A stretch of DNA of 64,000 bases from a virus, in the IMG/VR virus record IMGVR_UViG_3300045988_146982, positions 1 through 64,000 of that record, one strand, 5' to 3'. Positions 19,384 to 28,744 of the stretch are shown piece after piece. Numbering within the stretch: the first letter of the stretch is position 1; each line of letters begins with the position of its first letter. A model generated the notes under the pieces. That model worked only from the letters and a program-made list of their open reading frames with translations. It did no database searches and was not told where the DNA came from. The translations under genes and the position numbers were made by a program.

Positions 19384-19800
19384 TTAGGTTCTGTTTGCCG
19401 GATTCGGTTCGTTGAACTTGGCTGAAATTTTTCCAAAAGTTAGGTCTAAACTCTGTGCGTAAGTGATACTTTTGCCGAGATAAATCAGATGATAAATCTC
19501 GCTACTATTAGCCGGGACTTGAATATCAACCTTGCCTTTATAAAGCTCATCGAAGAAAGCTTTTTTCTTTGATTGATAATCGGACCGAGAACTACCCTCG
19601 ATAGCAAACGAAAGAGTTATTTCCCTTTCATCGACTTTAGGATTATTGATTATCACACGTTTTCCATGTTCCAACCGGGACTTATTTTCTATAAATTCTT
19701 TCATGGGTGATGATGCTCCAAGTACATCAAGAAAGCCCTCTCCCATTCTTACCCCCCATGTTGTGTAGGCGTCTTGGGTATTTATCAATAAATCTGACAT
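19384..19800 (-). CDS. distal-tail-like protein
   Basis: 138-aa ORF immediately downstream of the tape measure gene. Confidence 0.5.
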   Translation of the reverse strand: MSDLLINTQDAYTTWGVRMGEGFLDVLGASSPMKEFIENKSRLEHGKRVIINNPKVDEREITLSFAIEGSSRSDYQSKKKAFFDELYKGKVDIQVPANSSEIYHLIYLGKSITYAQSLDLTFGKISAKFNEPNPANRT

Positions 19801-19803
19801 AGT

Positions 19804-22800
19804 TTATAATTTAGATGTATTGTTTTTCACTTCTGCCATATCTTTCTGAATTTGAATGATTGGTTTTACAATAGCTCCTGTATTTTCCGAAATCTGTACC
19901 AATTCAAGATAAGATTGTGCTATCAAATCTCGCGTATCATCAGCGATATTCCTTGTTTCCGTATTTATGGAAAGTAGAGCATCTGCTTTTACTGTCAGTA
20001 GATTAAGTGATTGAGATTGAATAATATTCTGATTCTTTATCTCTTCTCCTGCAATCTGCAATGCTGTAAACCGCCCGTTCAACTCTTCGCCGGTATCTTG
20101 ACTCATTACCTGAAAGCCTTTGGATGAAGCTGACTGCGATGTTGATTCTTGCGAAATTTTATCATATCCGGTTGCTGCGGCAAGCTCGTCACGCAGTTTC
20201 ATGGCTTCTTCAATGTAGCCCATATACTCAGCATTCAGCGCATTTCTTTCGGATTCCGTCAAAGAACCATCCTCCATACCCTTTGCGAATTTCTCATACC
20301 ACTTCTTTAGCTTGTCCTGATAGAGTGCGCCTACCTGCTCGGAGAGCATAGCTCGCATGAAATATTCCGATATGTCTTCGGCAGCATCTTTGGATGATGC
20401 TTTCATATCCATTAAGGTATCTATAAAGTTACTGTACACACCATCGAATGTGGTTTGTGTAAGCTGCTCGTTTATCTGATTATGAATTTCCTCAATGCGT
20501 TCTTCCCCATCGATAATTTTATCAAGGTAATTTCTAACATCCTCATCTAATTTAGCCCAAAAAGTAGGTGCTTCCGATTTAAGTCTCTCCAATTGTTCGG
20601 TAGAAAGGTCAAACAGGCTTTCCATTCTTCCGGTTGAGATTTCTTTAAACCACTGTTCGTCATTAAGAGCTTTGCGCGCTTCTTCCCATCCCTGTTCGGA
20701 CATTCCCTTGCGAATTCGCACACCTATGGAGTGGGAACCGGCTGATGAACCTGCGTTCAGTCTTTCTTTACCAAGAATACGGTAACTCTCAATACTTTTT
20801 TCCGCCAATTCTAAGGCTTCCTCTCCTACCTTATTAGCTTCAGCCCCGTAAGATGTGTTGATGTATTCCAACTTTTTGTCTATCAGTTCATCCCAAATAT
20901 CGTTCAATAGGCTATATTGCTCTACCATCTCGTTATAATGGGAATAGTCTGCACCGAACAGACCGTCAAGGGCAGACACAACAGATGACATTCCACTGAC
21001 AGCACTCATGGCACCACCCACAATGTCACCGGACATAATTTGACCGACACCGGCGGCTGTAGTACCCAATCCCCCTAAAGCATCGGTAATTCCTGTTATA
21101 GCGGAATCGCTGGCACCGAATATATTGGCGATGTTAGTGCCGAACTCACCCAACGCAGGAGCAAAAGACGTTACGGCATTTCCTATATCGGTGATGCCTT
21201 GACCGACTTTCTTGGAATCGTTGCCACCCTTTTTTATGGCTTTTATCCCTTTCTCCAGGTCAGAGACGAAAGCCTGCCACGGTGATTTGCCTTTCAGCTC
21301 ATCCTTTAGCCCCCTGATTGCATCCGTTACATCCTTTATGGAGATTTCACCCTTTTCTATCTTTTCAATATCCTTATCAGTGAATCCGAGTGCTTTCAAT
21401 TCGTCAAGTGTAACATTCGTTCCGTCACTTTCCTTTGTACCAGACATGTACTTGACAAGTGTTTCATACTTGTCAATAATAGTCTGAATGGCGGATACCG
21501 ATTTATTGCCAGCGTCTTCAAAGAGGTCTGCCATTGCCTTTGCGGAGTGACCAAACTGTTCATCCAGTTGTTCTACAGCCTGATTCTTTTCGGCTACCTT
21601 GATAGCGTATTCAGGACTATCTGTGTGCAGCTTGGCTATCTCATCATCATACTTCTGCACAAGGTTTTTTCGTTTCTCTTGATAGTTGCCAAACTCGATG
21701 AAGTATTCCTGCCAAGCCTTTTTGTCGGATTCAAACTTTTCTTTATTCAAATCGGAAATTGATTTGTCACGCTTACTTTCTGCCTGCGAATATGAAAGGG
21801 AAATCTGTATAAATTGTTCCTGAGTAAGTTTTCCACCATTGGCTTTTGTCCATTCCTGTTCCTGCTTCCGAATAGCGTCCAGTTCTTTCTGATAGTCCAA
21901 GTCAATCTGAGCCAGTTTCTTTTCTGTTCCATCAGCCATGAGGTTGATTTCATCCTGCTGGTTCTTACGGCGGAGGGAGAGAAGTTGTTCGGCAAGCTGT
22001 TCTTGCTGCTTAAGTCGGTTTTCGGCTTCTTCTTGACGTCTTTTCCTTTCTTTTTCACCAATCTTTGAAGAATCTTCATTCGGGTTGAATATCAAATCAT
22101 TGACATCTATGTTTTGTGCTAATTCATTTTGAGATTTATTTAGCTCGTATATATCACGTCTAAGTTTAGCAATGCCTTCATCTATTTCTTCGACCTTACC
22201 CAAAGCTGCACCAACCATCATTTGTCGACCTGCATATATATCGGGATTTGCCTCTCTGTCTATTTTATTTCTTAATTCAATCTGTTTGTCAAGTTTTAGT
22301 TGCGCATTTTCTCTTTTAGCATATTCTTCTGTTATTTTAGCCTCATTTTCCAATATTTTTTTAGCATTCTCTGTCATTTTATCCTGTGCAGCCCTCGCAC
22401 GTGCAGATGCAATAATCGAAGAAGTAAGTCTTGCATAAGCGTCAGCTGCCTTTCCCGTTAGAATTTCTTCTTCTGAAAGATTTTTGAAGAAATCAGGATA
22501 TGATTTTTGTAGCTCATCAACAGCTTTTTTTCTTTCACGAATAGGCTTTGAAGCATTTTGAGTAGCTTTATATAATAATTCCAACTTTGTTATTTCAGAT
22601 TGAGCATTTTGAACTCCTTTTAATTGGACGTCATTTAGTTGTTGTTGAATATCAACAAGAGGTTTCATGACATTCTTAGCATTAAACAGCCCTGCAACCC
22701 AATCCACCGCCTTATCGCCATAAAGAGTAAGCAGTGTAATACCAACCGTTAATGCAGTCTGCCATGAGAATAAAGAAGAGGCAACCTGTTTCCACACCGG

Positions 22801-23796
22801 AGTAGCAGACTGCCCCGATTTTTTCAACAAATCATATTCGATACGTGCACGCTTAATTTCATCGGCTAAAATTGGAAGGTTGTTAGAAATGGCAGAAAAA
22901 AACACTTTCGGACCGTAAGCCAAAGAAGGAAGTTCGCGTCCTACTTGCTGGATAGACATACTAAGTCCGTTCCACTGCTTGCCATAATTACCAACATTGC
23001 GTTGGTGATTGCCTATTGTCGCATCAAGCTCCTTAATTTTTGCGTCAGCTTGATTAATGGAAGTAAGGAGTTCTTTTCCAAAAGGAGAATTACGCTCTTC
23101 TTCCGTCAGTTCACGATAAGCAATTCGCATCCTTGACAAAGACTGCGACAGCCCTTTCATAGAAGTGGAGGCAACATTATCCAACTTGACATTATTATTC
23201 AGAGTTTGCCGTATCTCTGCCAAAGCCTCTTTGTGCGTCAGCAAGGAATTGTTTAGCTGTTCAAGCCGTTTTTGTTGAGCAGAAGACAAGGAAGAATAAT
23301 CACCTTGTGACTTGTTGATTTTCTTGATTTCAACATTAATCAAACGGATAGCGTTCATTTCATCTATCATTCTCTTGACATTCTCTTCTCTTGTGCCAAG
23401 AATACCGTTTATCTCAGTTCTCAGGTCATCATAAGCCTTTGCTTGTGCTTGAATGCTTGCTGTTTCAGCTGTGTTTGTTTGTGTTGATGTATTTCCACTC
23501 TGTGTTGGAATCCCTGCTGGTTTAGAAACTTGTTCCTGCGCTTGAACAATCTTTTCAGTCGCCTTATTGATTCGGCTGGTTGAAAGCATGATTTTCGCTT
23601 CCGCTGCCGCTATTTTATCCACCAATACATCATATTGCCCAAGCAAAGAGGTAAGTTGTGATTGCAATCCTTTCGCTATATCAATATCCACTTTAATATT
23701 AATACCCATCAATGCTTTTTTGACATTTTCTATCTCGTTCTTCAGTTTGCGCAACTTCTGAACATCACTGTCTACATTTGAAATAATGCCTGCCAT
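19804..23796 (-). CDS. tail tape measure protein
   Basis: 1330 aa, long coiled coils and a Gly-rich hydrophobic central segment (GITDALGGLGTTAAGVGQIMSGDIVGGAMSAVSG). Confidence 0.9.
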   Translation of the reverse strand: MAGIISNVDSDVQKLRKLKNEIENVKKALMGINIKVDIDIAKGLQSQLTSLLGQYDVLVDKIAAAEAKIMLSTSRINKATEKIVQAQEQVSKPAGIPTQSGNTSTQTNTAETASIQAQAKAYDDLRTEINGILGTREENVKRMIDEMNAIRLINVEIKKINKSQGDYSSLSSAQQKRLEQLNNSLLTHKEALAEIRQTLNNNVKLDNVASTSMKGLSQSLSRMRIAYRELTEEERNSPFGKELLTSINQADAKIKELDATIGNHQRNVGNYGKQWNGLSMSIQQVGRELPSLAYGPKVFFSAISNNLPILADEIKRARIEYDLLKKSGQSATPVWKQVASSLFSWQTALTVGITLLTLYGDKAVDWVAGLFNAKNVMKPLVDIQQQLNDVQLKGVQNAQSEITKLELLYKATQNASKPIRERKKAVDELQKSYPDFFKNLSEEEILTGKAADAYARLTSSIIASARARAAQDKMTENAKKILENEAKITEEYAKRENAQLKLDKQIELRNKIDREANPDIYAGRQMMVGAALGKVEEIDEGIAKLRRDIYELNKSQNELAQNIDVNDLIFNPNEDSSKIGEKERKRRQEEAENRLKQQEQLAEQLLSLRRKNQQDEINLMADGTEKKLAQIDLDYQKELDAIRKQEQEWTKANGGKLTQEQFIQISLSYSQAESKRDKSISDLNKEKFESDKKAWQEYFIEFGNYQEKRKNLVQKYDDEIAKLHTDSPEYAIKVAEKNQAVEQLDEQFGHSAKAMADLFEDAGNKSVSAIQTIIDKYETLVKYMSGTKESDGTNVTLDELKALGFTDKDIEKIEKGEISIKDVTDAIRGLKDELKGKSPWQAFVSDLEKGIKAIKKGGNDSKKVGQGITDIGNAVTSFAPALGEFGTNIANIFGASDSAITGITDALGGLGTTAAGVGQIMSGDIVGGAMSAVSGMSSVVSALDGLFGADYSHYNEMVEQYSLLNDIWDELIDKKLEYINTSYGAEANKVGEEALELAEKSIESYRILGKERLNAGSSAGSHSIGVRIRKGMSEQGWEEARKALNDEQWFKEISTGRMESLFDLSTEQLERLKSEAPTFWAKLDEDVRNYLDKIIDGEERIEEIHNQINEQLTQTTFDGVYSNFIDTLMDMKASSKDAAEDISEYFMRAMLSEQVGALYQDKLKKWYEKFAKGMEDGSLTESERNALNAEYMGYIEEAMKLRDELAAATGYDKISQESTSQSASSKGFQVMSQDTGEELNGRFTALQIAGEEIKNQNIIQSQSLNLLTVKADALLSINTETRNIADDTRDLIAQSYLELVQISENTGAIVKPIIQIQKDMAEVKNNTSKL

Positions 23797-23798
23797 AT

Positions 23799-24194
23799 CT
23801 ATAATTTTTTTTCTATTTGTCTACCTGCATACAAGATACCATTAGTCATAATAACTTCAAACCCTTTACTTTCGACATAGCTTGCATAAGGCTGACCGTT
23901 AGCCAAATAAAGCCCATCCTTTGATTTTTCGGAATAAATCAGAAGATTCTCTGTATTTCTTACCGCTTCGGAATGAGAACCGTCTGATTCCACCCACATA
24001 TCTACTATTTTCCCATTACGGACAACACATCCCCCATTTGCATTATTCAAGTTGCCAGTCCTATTTTCATAAGTCTTGTTAATCTTCGCATTTCGGGTGG
24101 CGTCTCTCCCTATTTGAGAAAGGGTATTATAATATCTATCGTCTACACTTTCAAGTAACTCATCTAATCCAGATGTATCTCCTCTAAACTCCAT
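23799..24194 (-). CDS. HK97-gp10-like head-tail protein, paralog of 31771..32070
   Basis: Shares KDGL.L.N...YAS.VESKG..V....LYA with the 99-aa protein at 31771..32070. Confidence 0.55.
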   Translation of the reverse strand: MEFRGDTSGLDELLESVDDRYYNTLSQIGRDATRNAKINKTYENRTGNLNNANGGCVVRNGKIVDMWVESDGSHSEAVRNTENLLIYSEKSKDGLYLANGQPYASYVESKGFEVIMTNGILYAGRQIEKKL

Positions 24195-24260
24195 TATTTT
24201 TTCATTTGTGCTAAATTCGACAAATACAAGTTATCCAGCAATATTTCAAGTATTTGATAT

Positions 24261-24285
24261 GCGACAACGGAATAATTGTCGTGAA
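24261..24285. promoter_or_regulatory. CACGACAAT-N6-ATTGTCGTG family inverted repeat, copy d (imperfect left arm)
   Basis: GCGACAAC ggaata ATTGTCGTGAA, centred ~44 bp upstream of the -7 box at 24313. Confidence 0.5.
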
Positions 24286-24312
24286 ATAATTGGAAATGAT
24301 TGATTTTTGAGA

Positions 24313-24320
24313 TATTTTTG
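24313..24320 (+). promoter_or_regulatory. Bacteroides-type -7 promoter box TATTTTTG
   Basis: Matches TAnnTTTG, 30 nt upstream of ATG 24350. Confidence 0.55.
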
Positions 24321-24349
24321 CAAACGTTTAAGTTAATAAATGTACTGTC

Positions 24350-25240
24350 ATGAAAAATACACTGCTTCTGATATTGTCAATATTTGCTTTTTCAAGTTGC
24401 AATAAGTCATATAAATATGTGGAAACGGTTAAAGAAAAGTCATTATTCAGCAACTCTTACAATGAGAAGGAGGAGGAACCTAAGACGATAAGCTCAAAGA
24501 ATGATTCCCTTGCGTATTTAGAAGCATATCAAAAATTTTGCATTTCTCAAAAAGTTTATAAAGATATGACTAATCAAGGAATAGAGTTTGTTAATATTCC
24601 GATAAAATTCTCACTGTACAACTCAAACGGTGAAAAAGTAAATCCGTATATAAACCAATCAACCCTTGACAATATAAAAAATAATGTTATGTCTTTAGAT
24701 GATAACATTGGAAAAACAATATCGGACATAAAAAAAGAAAAACAAAATCCTATTGATTCTATAACAGTAAAAAAAATATCCTCTTTATTTACATTTAACA
24801 AGGACGAATTTGACCCACGTGAACTAACATGGATTAAACCAAAATCTGCTCCCCAATATACCAACCAGAATGGAATATATTGTTATTTTATGAAAGATAT
24901 TGATGGGGTATCAAACTTTAGACTCAGAATACAATATTATTCTGACGATTGGTTATTCATTCGCAAATATCAATTTTCTATTGACAATAAAGCTTATGAA
25001 TTTATCCCCAATAATGTAGAAACTGATTCAGGTAATGGAGGATATATATGGGAATGGTGTGATGAAAATATCCATTCCAATAATGACATTGAATTAATAA
25101 AGGCACTTTCTAATGCTAAAACTGCAAAAATAAAATTTATTGGAAGGCAATATCACGATATAAAAACCATATCACAAAAACAGATTAAAGGAATAAAAGA
25201 TGCCGTAAACTTATATCTCGCAATGGGAGGGAGTTTGTAA
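24350..25240 (+). CDS. lipoprotein (moron, opposite strand)
   Basis: Signal peptide plus lipobox MKNTLLLILSIFAFSSCNK; AT-rich; own promoter and terminator. Confidence 0.75.
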   Translation: MKNTLLLILSIFAFSSCNKSYKYVETVKEKSLFSNSYNEKEEEPKTISSKNDSLAYLEAYQKFCISQKVYKDMTNQGIEFVNIPIKFSLYNSNGEKVNPYINQSTLDNIKNNVMSLDDNIGKTISDIKKEKQNPIDSITVKKISSLFTFNKDEFDPRELTWIKPKSAPQYTNQNGIYCYFMKDIDGVSNFRLRIQYYSDDWLFIRKYQFSIDNKAYEFIPNNVETDSGNGGYIWEWCDENIHSNNDIELIKALSNAKTAKIKFIGRQYHDIKTISQKQIKGIKDAVNLYLAMGGSL

Positions 25241-25252
25241 TATTCATATTAA

Positions 25253-25278
25253 GCGCACCCCAACCTAATGAGGTGCGC
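25253..25278. terminator. stem-loop between convergent genes
   Basis: GCGCACC-12 nt-GGTGCGC between 24350..25240 (+) and 25287..26054 (-). Confidence 0.5.
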
Positions 25279-25286
25279 ATTATTAT

Positions 25287-26054
25287 TTAAGCAGCATCTT
25301 TACCTAAGAACTTCTCTACAAAGTAAATCTGCCCTTTGCCAGTAACTTTTGTAGTAGTAGTTACCAATACAGAACCATCCGGCTTAGTGATTGATGTTTT
25401 CTTCAATTCAAAAAGCCCCAATTTCATGGCTTTCTGTGTCGGTTGATTGTAGTAGTCACCTTTTTGGCAAAGGTAGCCGTTTTCACGCATCCAGCTAAAC
25501 AAACGGTTCTGACCGATATTCACTCCATTTTGTTGCAGTATCTTTGCTAATTCAGCAACCAAGCAAGAACGTTGAGAAGTTGAAACGGCATCGGCAAAAA
25601 GGACTTTAGGTGCATCTTTCTGAATCTTCTGTTCGGCTTCGATACGCTTCTGTTTTTCTTCTTTCAAGTTGGTTGCAAGCTGAATCAGAAAATCGGGTGA
25701 GGTCAAAGCCTTTTCAAGTGTATCGCTGGTCATGTATGCACCATGTTTGCGGATTGAGGGCAAAACTTCATCGCAAACCCAATCTTGGAACTTTTCGGCA
25801 TCCGGCAATTTAGATTTCATAGTTAAACGATAAACCTCGCTTTCCTTGCCGTACTTTATGTCTTGTACACCGCCATTTGTGGGGGTCGGCAAAATAACGA
25901 CCCCTTTACAGTGTTGATTTACAGCATCGGCAGGGCTGCTATACCCAAGGGCTTTTGCAACATCTGCCAAACAAAACAACGGTTCTTCATTCTCATTCAT
26001 AGCAATTCTTACTTTTCCGAACTGCTCATTTTGGAAAATCTGAATATTATTCAT
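25287..26054 (-). CDS. antirepressor (Bro-N domain plus KilAC-like C-terminal domain)
   Basis: N-terminal FQNEQFGKVRIAMNENEEPLFCLADVAKALGY is Bro-N-like; ORF 25287..26108, likely start ATG 26054. Confidence 0.75.
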   Translation of the reverse strand: MNNIQIFQNEQFGKVRIAMNENEEPLFCLADVAKALGYSSPADAVNQHCKGVVILPTPTNGGVQDIKYGKESEVYRLTMKSKLPDAEKFQDWVCDEVLPSIRKHGAYMTSDTLEKALTSPDFLIQLATNLKEEKQKRIEAEQKIQKDAPKVLFADAVSTSQRSCLVAELAKILQQNGVNIGQNRLFSWMRENGYLCQKGDYYNQPTQKAMKLGLFELKKTSITKPDGSVLVTTTTKVTGKGQIYFVEKFLGKDAA

Positions 26055-26212
26055 ACTTTTACACAGTTTTAAAAATTGAACCCCACCAAAGGACGCTCCT
26101 AACTTCATCCGATGGCGGGGTTTATACTTTTCAGCTGTTAGGATAGCTGCGTTATTTCTGTTTGCGAATTTACCACTAACCGATTGCGTGACCTAAAAAG
26201 TGTCGTGCGTAG

Positions 26213-26238
26213 TCACGGCAATCAATCTATTGTCGTAA
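26213..26238. promoter_or_regulatory. CACGACAAT-N6-ATTGTCGTG family inverted repeat, copy e (degenerate)
   Basis: TCACGGCAAT caatct ATTGTCGTAA upstream of the antirepressor gene. Confidence 0.4.
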
Positions 26239-26358
26239 ATTCGTTGCAAACTTATCTTATAATCGTGTGAAAGAAGAATTAGCGCCCATTGGGTTCGTGA
26301 CATCAAAGCTATTGTCACAAAATAATTGGCGGTTCTCTAATTCTATGCTGTTTCATAC

Positions 26359-26526
26359 TCATTTCTTTAATACTTCATCAATCATATTACGAAGTTCTTT
26401 TAATTCTTCTTCGGTCAATCCGTACACATTACCCAATGCAGAAGGTTTCTCTATTTTAAGAGCGTATTTTACCCCCCCCTGTTGCTTTTCTATTGGTATG
26501 ATACCGATACTAAATCGTTTACTCAT
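26359..26526 (-). CDS. small hypothetical protein (55 aa) containing a G8 tract
   Basis: My translation: MSKRFSIGIIPIEKQQGGVKYALKIEKPSALGNVYGLTEEELKELRNMIDEVLKK; C8 on the plus strand at 26472-26479. Confidence 0.45.
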   Translation of the reverse strand: MSKRFSIGIIPIEKQQGGVKYALKIEKPSALGNVYGLTEEELKELRNMIDEVLKK

Positions 26527-26618
26527 TTCTTGTTACTTTTAAGTTTATTACTATGTTTCTAATCTCTGATTTGGTAGCTTGATTTGGCGGTGGTCTGATA
26601 TTGAGGTTCATAATCGTG

Positions 26619-27107
26619 TTAATAAGCCATTGCATCATATACCACACTAAGTTTCTCGTAAAACTCTTGTTCTGCTTCTTTGCTCATTTTGGCTCTCATA
26701 AAGTCCCTACAAGCACGGACAAGTTTCACGAACAAAACCTTTTCAATCGGTTTATATGTTCTTATATCATTGATACCTAATGTAGCCGTTTTAACTCTTG
26801 GTATATAACTGTTGATGATACGGTAGTGACTGTTTTCTAATATCTTACCATTGGATTTAATACCGTTGAAATAGTATTTGCCTTTTACTTTTGCTATCCA
26901 ATCATTTATCAGAATATTTCGGAAGCGTTTTTCTTTATCGTCTTGAAAAGGATACACACTTCTATCACAATAGACTCTTGTAGCCGAAACAAGCTCTAAA
27001 AATACAACTTCATTAAATGGCATATAAGGTTGAAACTCTTTACATAATCTAATCAGTTGTAGTTGCTGCTTTATGTTCAATTTTTCAAAATACATTTTTG
27101 TATTCAT
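26619..27107 (-). CDS. hypothetical protein
   Basis: 162-aa ORF in the leftward operon of the island. Confidence 0.6.
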   Translation of the reverse strand: MNTKMYFEKLNIKQQLQLIRLCKEFQPYMPFNEVVFLELVSATRVYCDRSVYPFQDDKEKRFRNILINDWIAKVKGKYYFNGIKSNGKILENSHYRIINSYIPRVKTATLGINDIRTYKPIEKVLFVKLVRACRDFMRAKMSKEAEQEFYEKLSVVYDAMAY

Positions 27108-27120
27108 AATTTCTATATTT

Positions 27121-27192
27121 TATGTGTTTATACTATCTTTGTGACTAAATTCGTAGTGCGACATAATCGCATTATGTGTTTATACTATTTTG
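27121..27192. repeat. two copies of the ~20-nt operator-like repeat TATGTGTTTATACTAT(C)TTTG
   Basis: 27121-27141 and 27173-27192; further copies at 27812-27831 and 61206-61219. Confidence 0.7.
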
Positions 27193-27226
27193 AGCGCATT
27201 GCCTGTGAAGGTGGTGCGCTCTTTGC

Positions 27227-27466
27227 TTACCACTGTTTTACCTGTTCTTTCAATTCATCATATTTGCCGTTCATCAGCATTTCAACTTCACGATGAAAGT
27301 TTATATCAGTCAGACGAAACTCTACTAAAGCACGCTTGTACGCATCGCCCTTTTGATGAGTATTAATAAGGCGCATCATCTGTGTGCTATCCAAACCATA
27401 CTTGTTTTTGCGATTAAGGTTTGTAACCCTGCGTATATCGCTTTCTCTTAGTTCAATTGTTGCCAT
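27227..27466 (-). CDS. hypothetical protein
   Basis: ORF 27227..27505; ATG 27466 (MATIELRESD) follows the upstream stop at 27469. Confidence 0.55.
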   Translation of the reverse strand: MATIELRESDIRRVTNLNRKNKYGLDSTQMMRLINTHQKGDAYKRALVEFRLTDINFHREVEMLMNGKYDELKEQVKQW

Positions 27467-27468
27467 AA

Positions 27469-27798
27469 TCAAGCTATCTTTATAAGGTTGCACTTTTTGA
27501 AACATCTATACTCTTCTTTTTCAGTGTCCCAATACACTTGCAGATTATCATTCAGTTTTCTGCCTGTACCTTTCACCTCACCGATAAGATTCTCTTTGAG
27601 AGTGCCAAAGGCTTGACGTAACGTGCCGTCAGTCTTTTTGAAGTAGAACTCTACTATCTTCACTTTCATCTCACCTTTCAACTTCAAATTAGCCCATGCG
27701 CATTTTAACGCTTCACTCATTGAATAACCGTTCTTGCGAACAAACTGCCATGCTAAACTCATGACCTCTTTCATCTGACTTCTAAATTTTGTGCTCAT
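27469..27798 (-). CDS. conserved early protein, paralog of 60861..61187
   Basis: Roughly two thirds of residues look identical by eye to the 108-aa protein at 60861..61187 (EVMSLAWQFV.KNGY.MSEA.K.AWANLKLKGEMK.KIV.FYFKK.DG). Confidence 0.7.
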   Translation of the reverse strand: MSTKFRSQMKEVMSLAWQFVRKNGYSMSEALKCAWANLKLKGEMKVKIVEFYFKKTDGTLRQAFGTLKENLIGEVKGTGRKLNDNLQVYWDTEKEEYRCFKKCNLIKIA

Positions 27799-27811
27799 AC
27801 TACTTATGTTT

Positions 27812-27831
27812 TATGTGTTAATACTATTTTG
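27812..27831. repeat. operator-like repeat, copy 3
   Basis: TATGTGTTAATACTATTTTG in the 5' leader of 27469..27798. Confidence 0.6.
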
Positions 27832-27847
27832 TTGTACTTTCATGATG

Positions 27848-27855
27848 CAAACATA
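27848..27855 (-). promoter_or_regulatory. -7 promoter box TATGTTTG (minus strand)
   Basis: Matches TAnnTTTG ~50 nt upstream of ATG 27798. Confidence 0.55.
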
Positions 27856-27918
27856 CTACTTTAATAGTATAATCCAAAAAGAAAAGAACTATTTAATTAG
27901 TATATTAACCTTATTTAA

Positions 27919-27934
27919 TACTATTATAATAGTA
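27919..27934. promoter_or_regulatory. perfect 16-bp palindrome TACTATTATAATAGTA between divergent promoters (operator candidate)
   Basis: Between 27798 (-) and 27982 (+); the half-site TACTATT recurs in other early promoter regions. Confidence 0.55.
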
Positions 27935-27981
27935 CAATACACAAAGAGACGTACCTTTGTATAAAATTAAAGTACACGATT

Positions 27982-28260
27982 ATGAATCTAAGAATTACCG
28001 AACACTGCAAAATGCAAGGCATCACCTTACAGGAATTAGCTGATAAAATGGGGGTAGCCCGTTCGACATTAGCTAATACATTATCAAAAGGCAATCCTAC
28101 CATTGAAACCCTATCCAAAATAGCGGACGCTCTCGGAGTTGAAGTAACAGACCTATTTGAAAAATCTTCCGATGAAGTTATAGGAGTTGTCCGAATTGGA
28201 GATAGCACTCACGTTATCAATAGTAAGGAGGATATTAAGAAGTTAGCGGAAAAATTATAA
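27982..28260 (+). CDS. XRE/Cro-CI family HTH repressor
   Basis: ITLQELADKMGVARSTLANTLSKGNPTIETLSKIADALGVEVTDLF is a classic HTH_3 motif. Confidence 0.85.
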   Translation: MNLRITEHCKMQGITLQELADKMGVARSTLANTLSKGNPTIETLSKIADALGVEVTDLFEKSSDEVIGVVRIGDSTHVINSKEDIKKLAEKL

Positions 28261-28291
28261 ACTTAACTTAATAAAATAAGGAGGTAATACT

Positions 28292-28501
28292 ATGAGCGAA
28301 AAAAAATTCAAAGAATCTGATGTAGTAATAAATACACAAAATGGGAAGGAGTATTATATTACTCAGATAGAAAAAGTGTATGATGCAGATTTAAAACATT
28401 CAGTTCCTACGGGATATGCTGAATGCCGTCCTAATAATTTAGATGATAATCTGCCCGATTATAATAGATTCACTATTGACATTTTAGAACTAAAAAAATA
28501 A
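28292..28501 (+). CDS. hypothetical protein
   Basis: 69-aa ORF preceded by a strong SD, AAGGAGGT, 7 nt before the ATG. Confidence 0.55.
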   Translation: MSEKKFKESDVVINTQNGKEYYITQIEKVYDADLKHSVPTGYAECRPNNLDDNLPDYNRFTIDILELKK

Positions 28502-28505
28502 AAAT

Positions 28506-28709
28506 ATGGAAAAGAAATATATTATAAAAGGAGTTTTAAATTCTTCTGTGCTATCTTTAAACTCTTATGGAACATACTGCTTAACAAATATTTCAGATAT
28601 ATACCACGAGGCAGAAAAAATTAAATTCTTTGATTCAAAAGAAGATGCGGAAAGCTACATTCTACAAAATAAACTTTCCCCAGTCACCATATTGGAAATT
28701 TTCATATAA
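28506..28709 (+). CDS. hypothetical protein
   Basis: 67-aa ORF, followed by a terminator. Confidence 0.5.
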   Translation: MEKKYIIKGVLNSSVLSLNSYGTYCLTNISDIYHEAEKIKFFDSKEDAESYILQNKLSPVTILEIFI

Positions 28710-28713
28710 TAGT

Positions 28714-28735
28714 AAAGCCGGATTCCTCCGGCTTT
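28714..28735. terminator. stem-loop terminator
   Basis: AAAGCCGGA-ttcc-TCCGGCTTT right after stop 28709. Confidence 0.7.
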
Positions 28736-28744
28736 AACTTTACT

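Noticed and set aside
6867-23761. Many plus-strand ORFs of 60-290 aa (for example 13641..14510, 15773..16471, 9281..9787, 7943..8359) lying antisense to the tail genes
   Set aside because: They are embedded in long, coherent minus-strand ORFs with recognisable structural features. Their translations are low-complexity (Ser/Arg/Cys/His-rich), and they lack promoters or sensible spacing.
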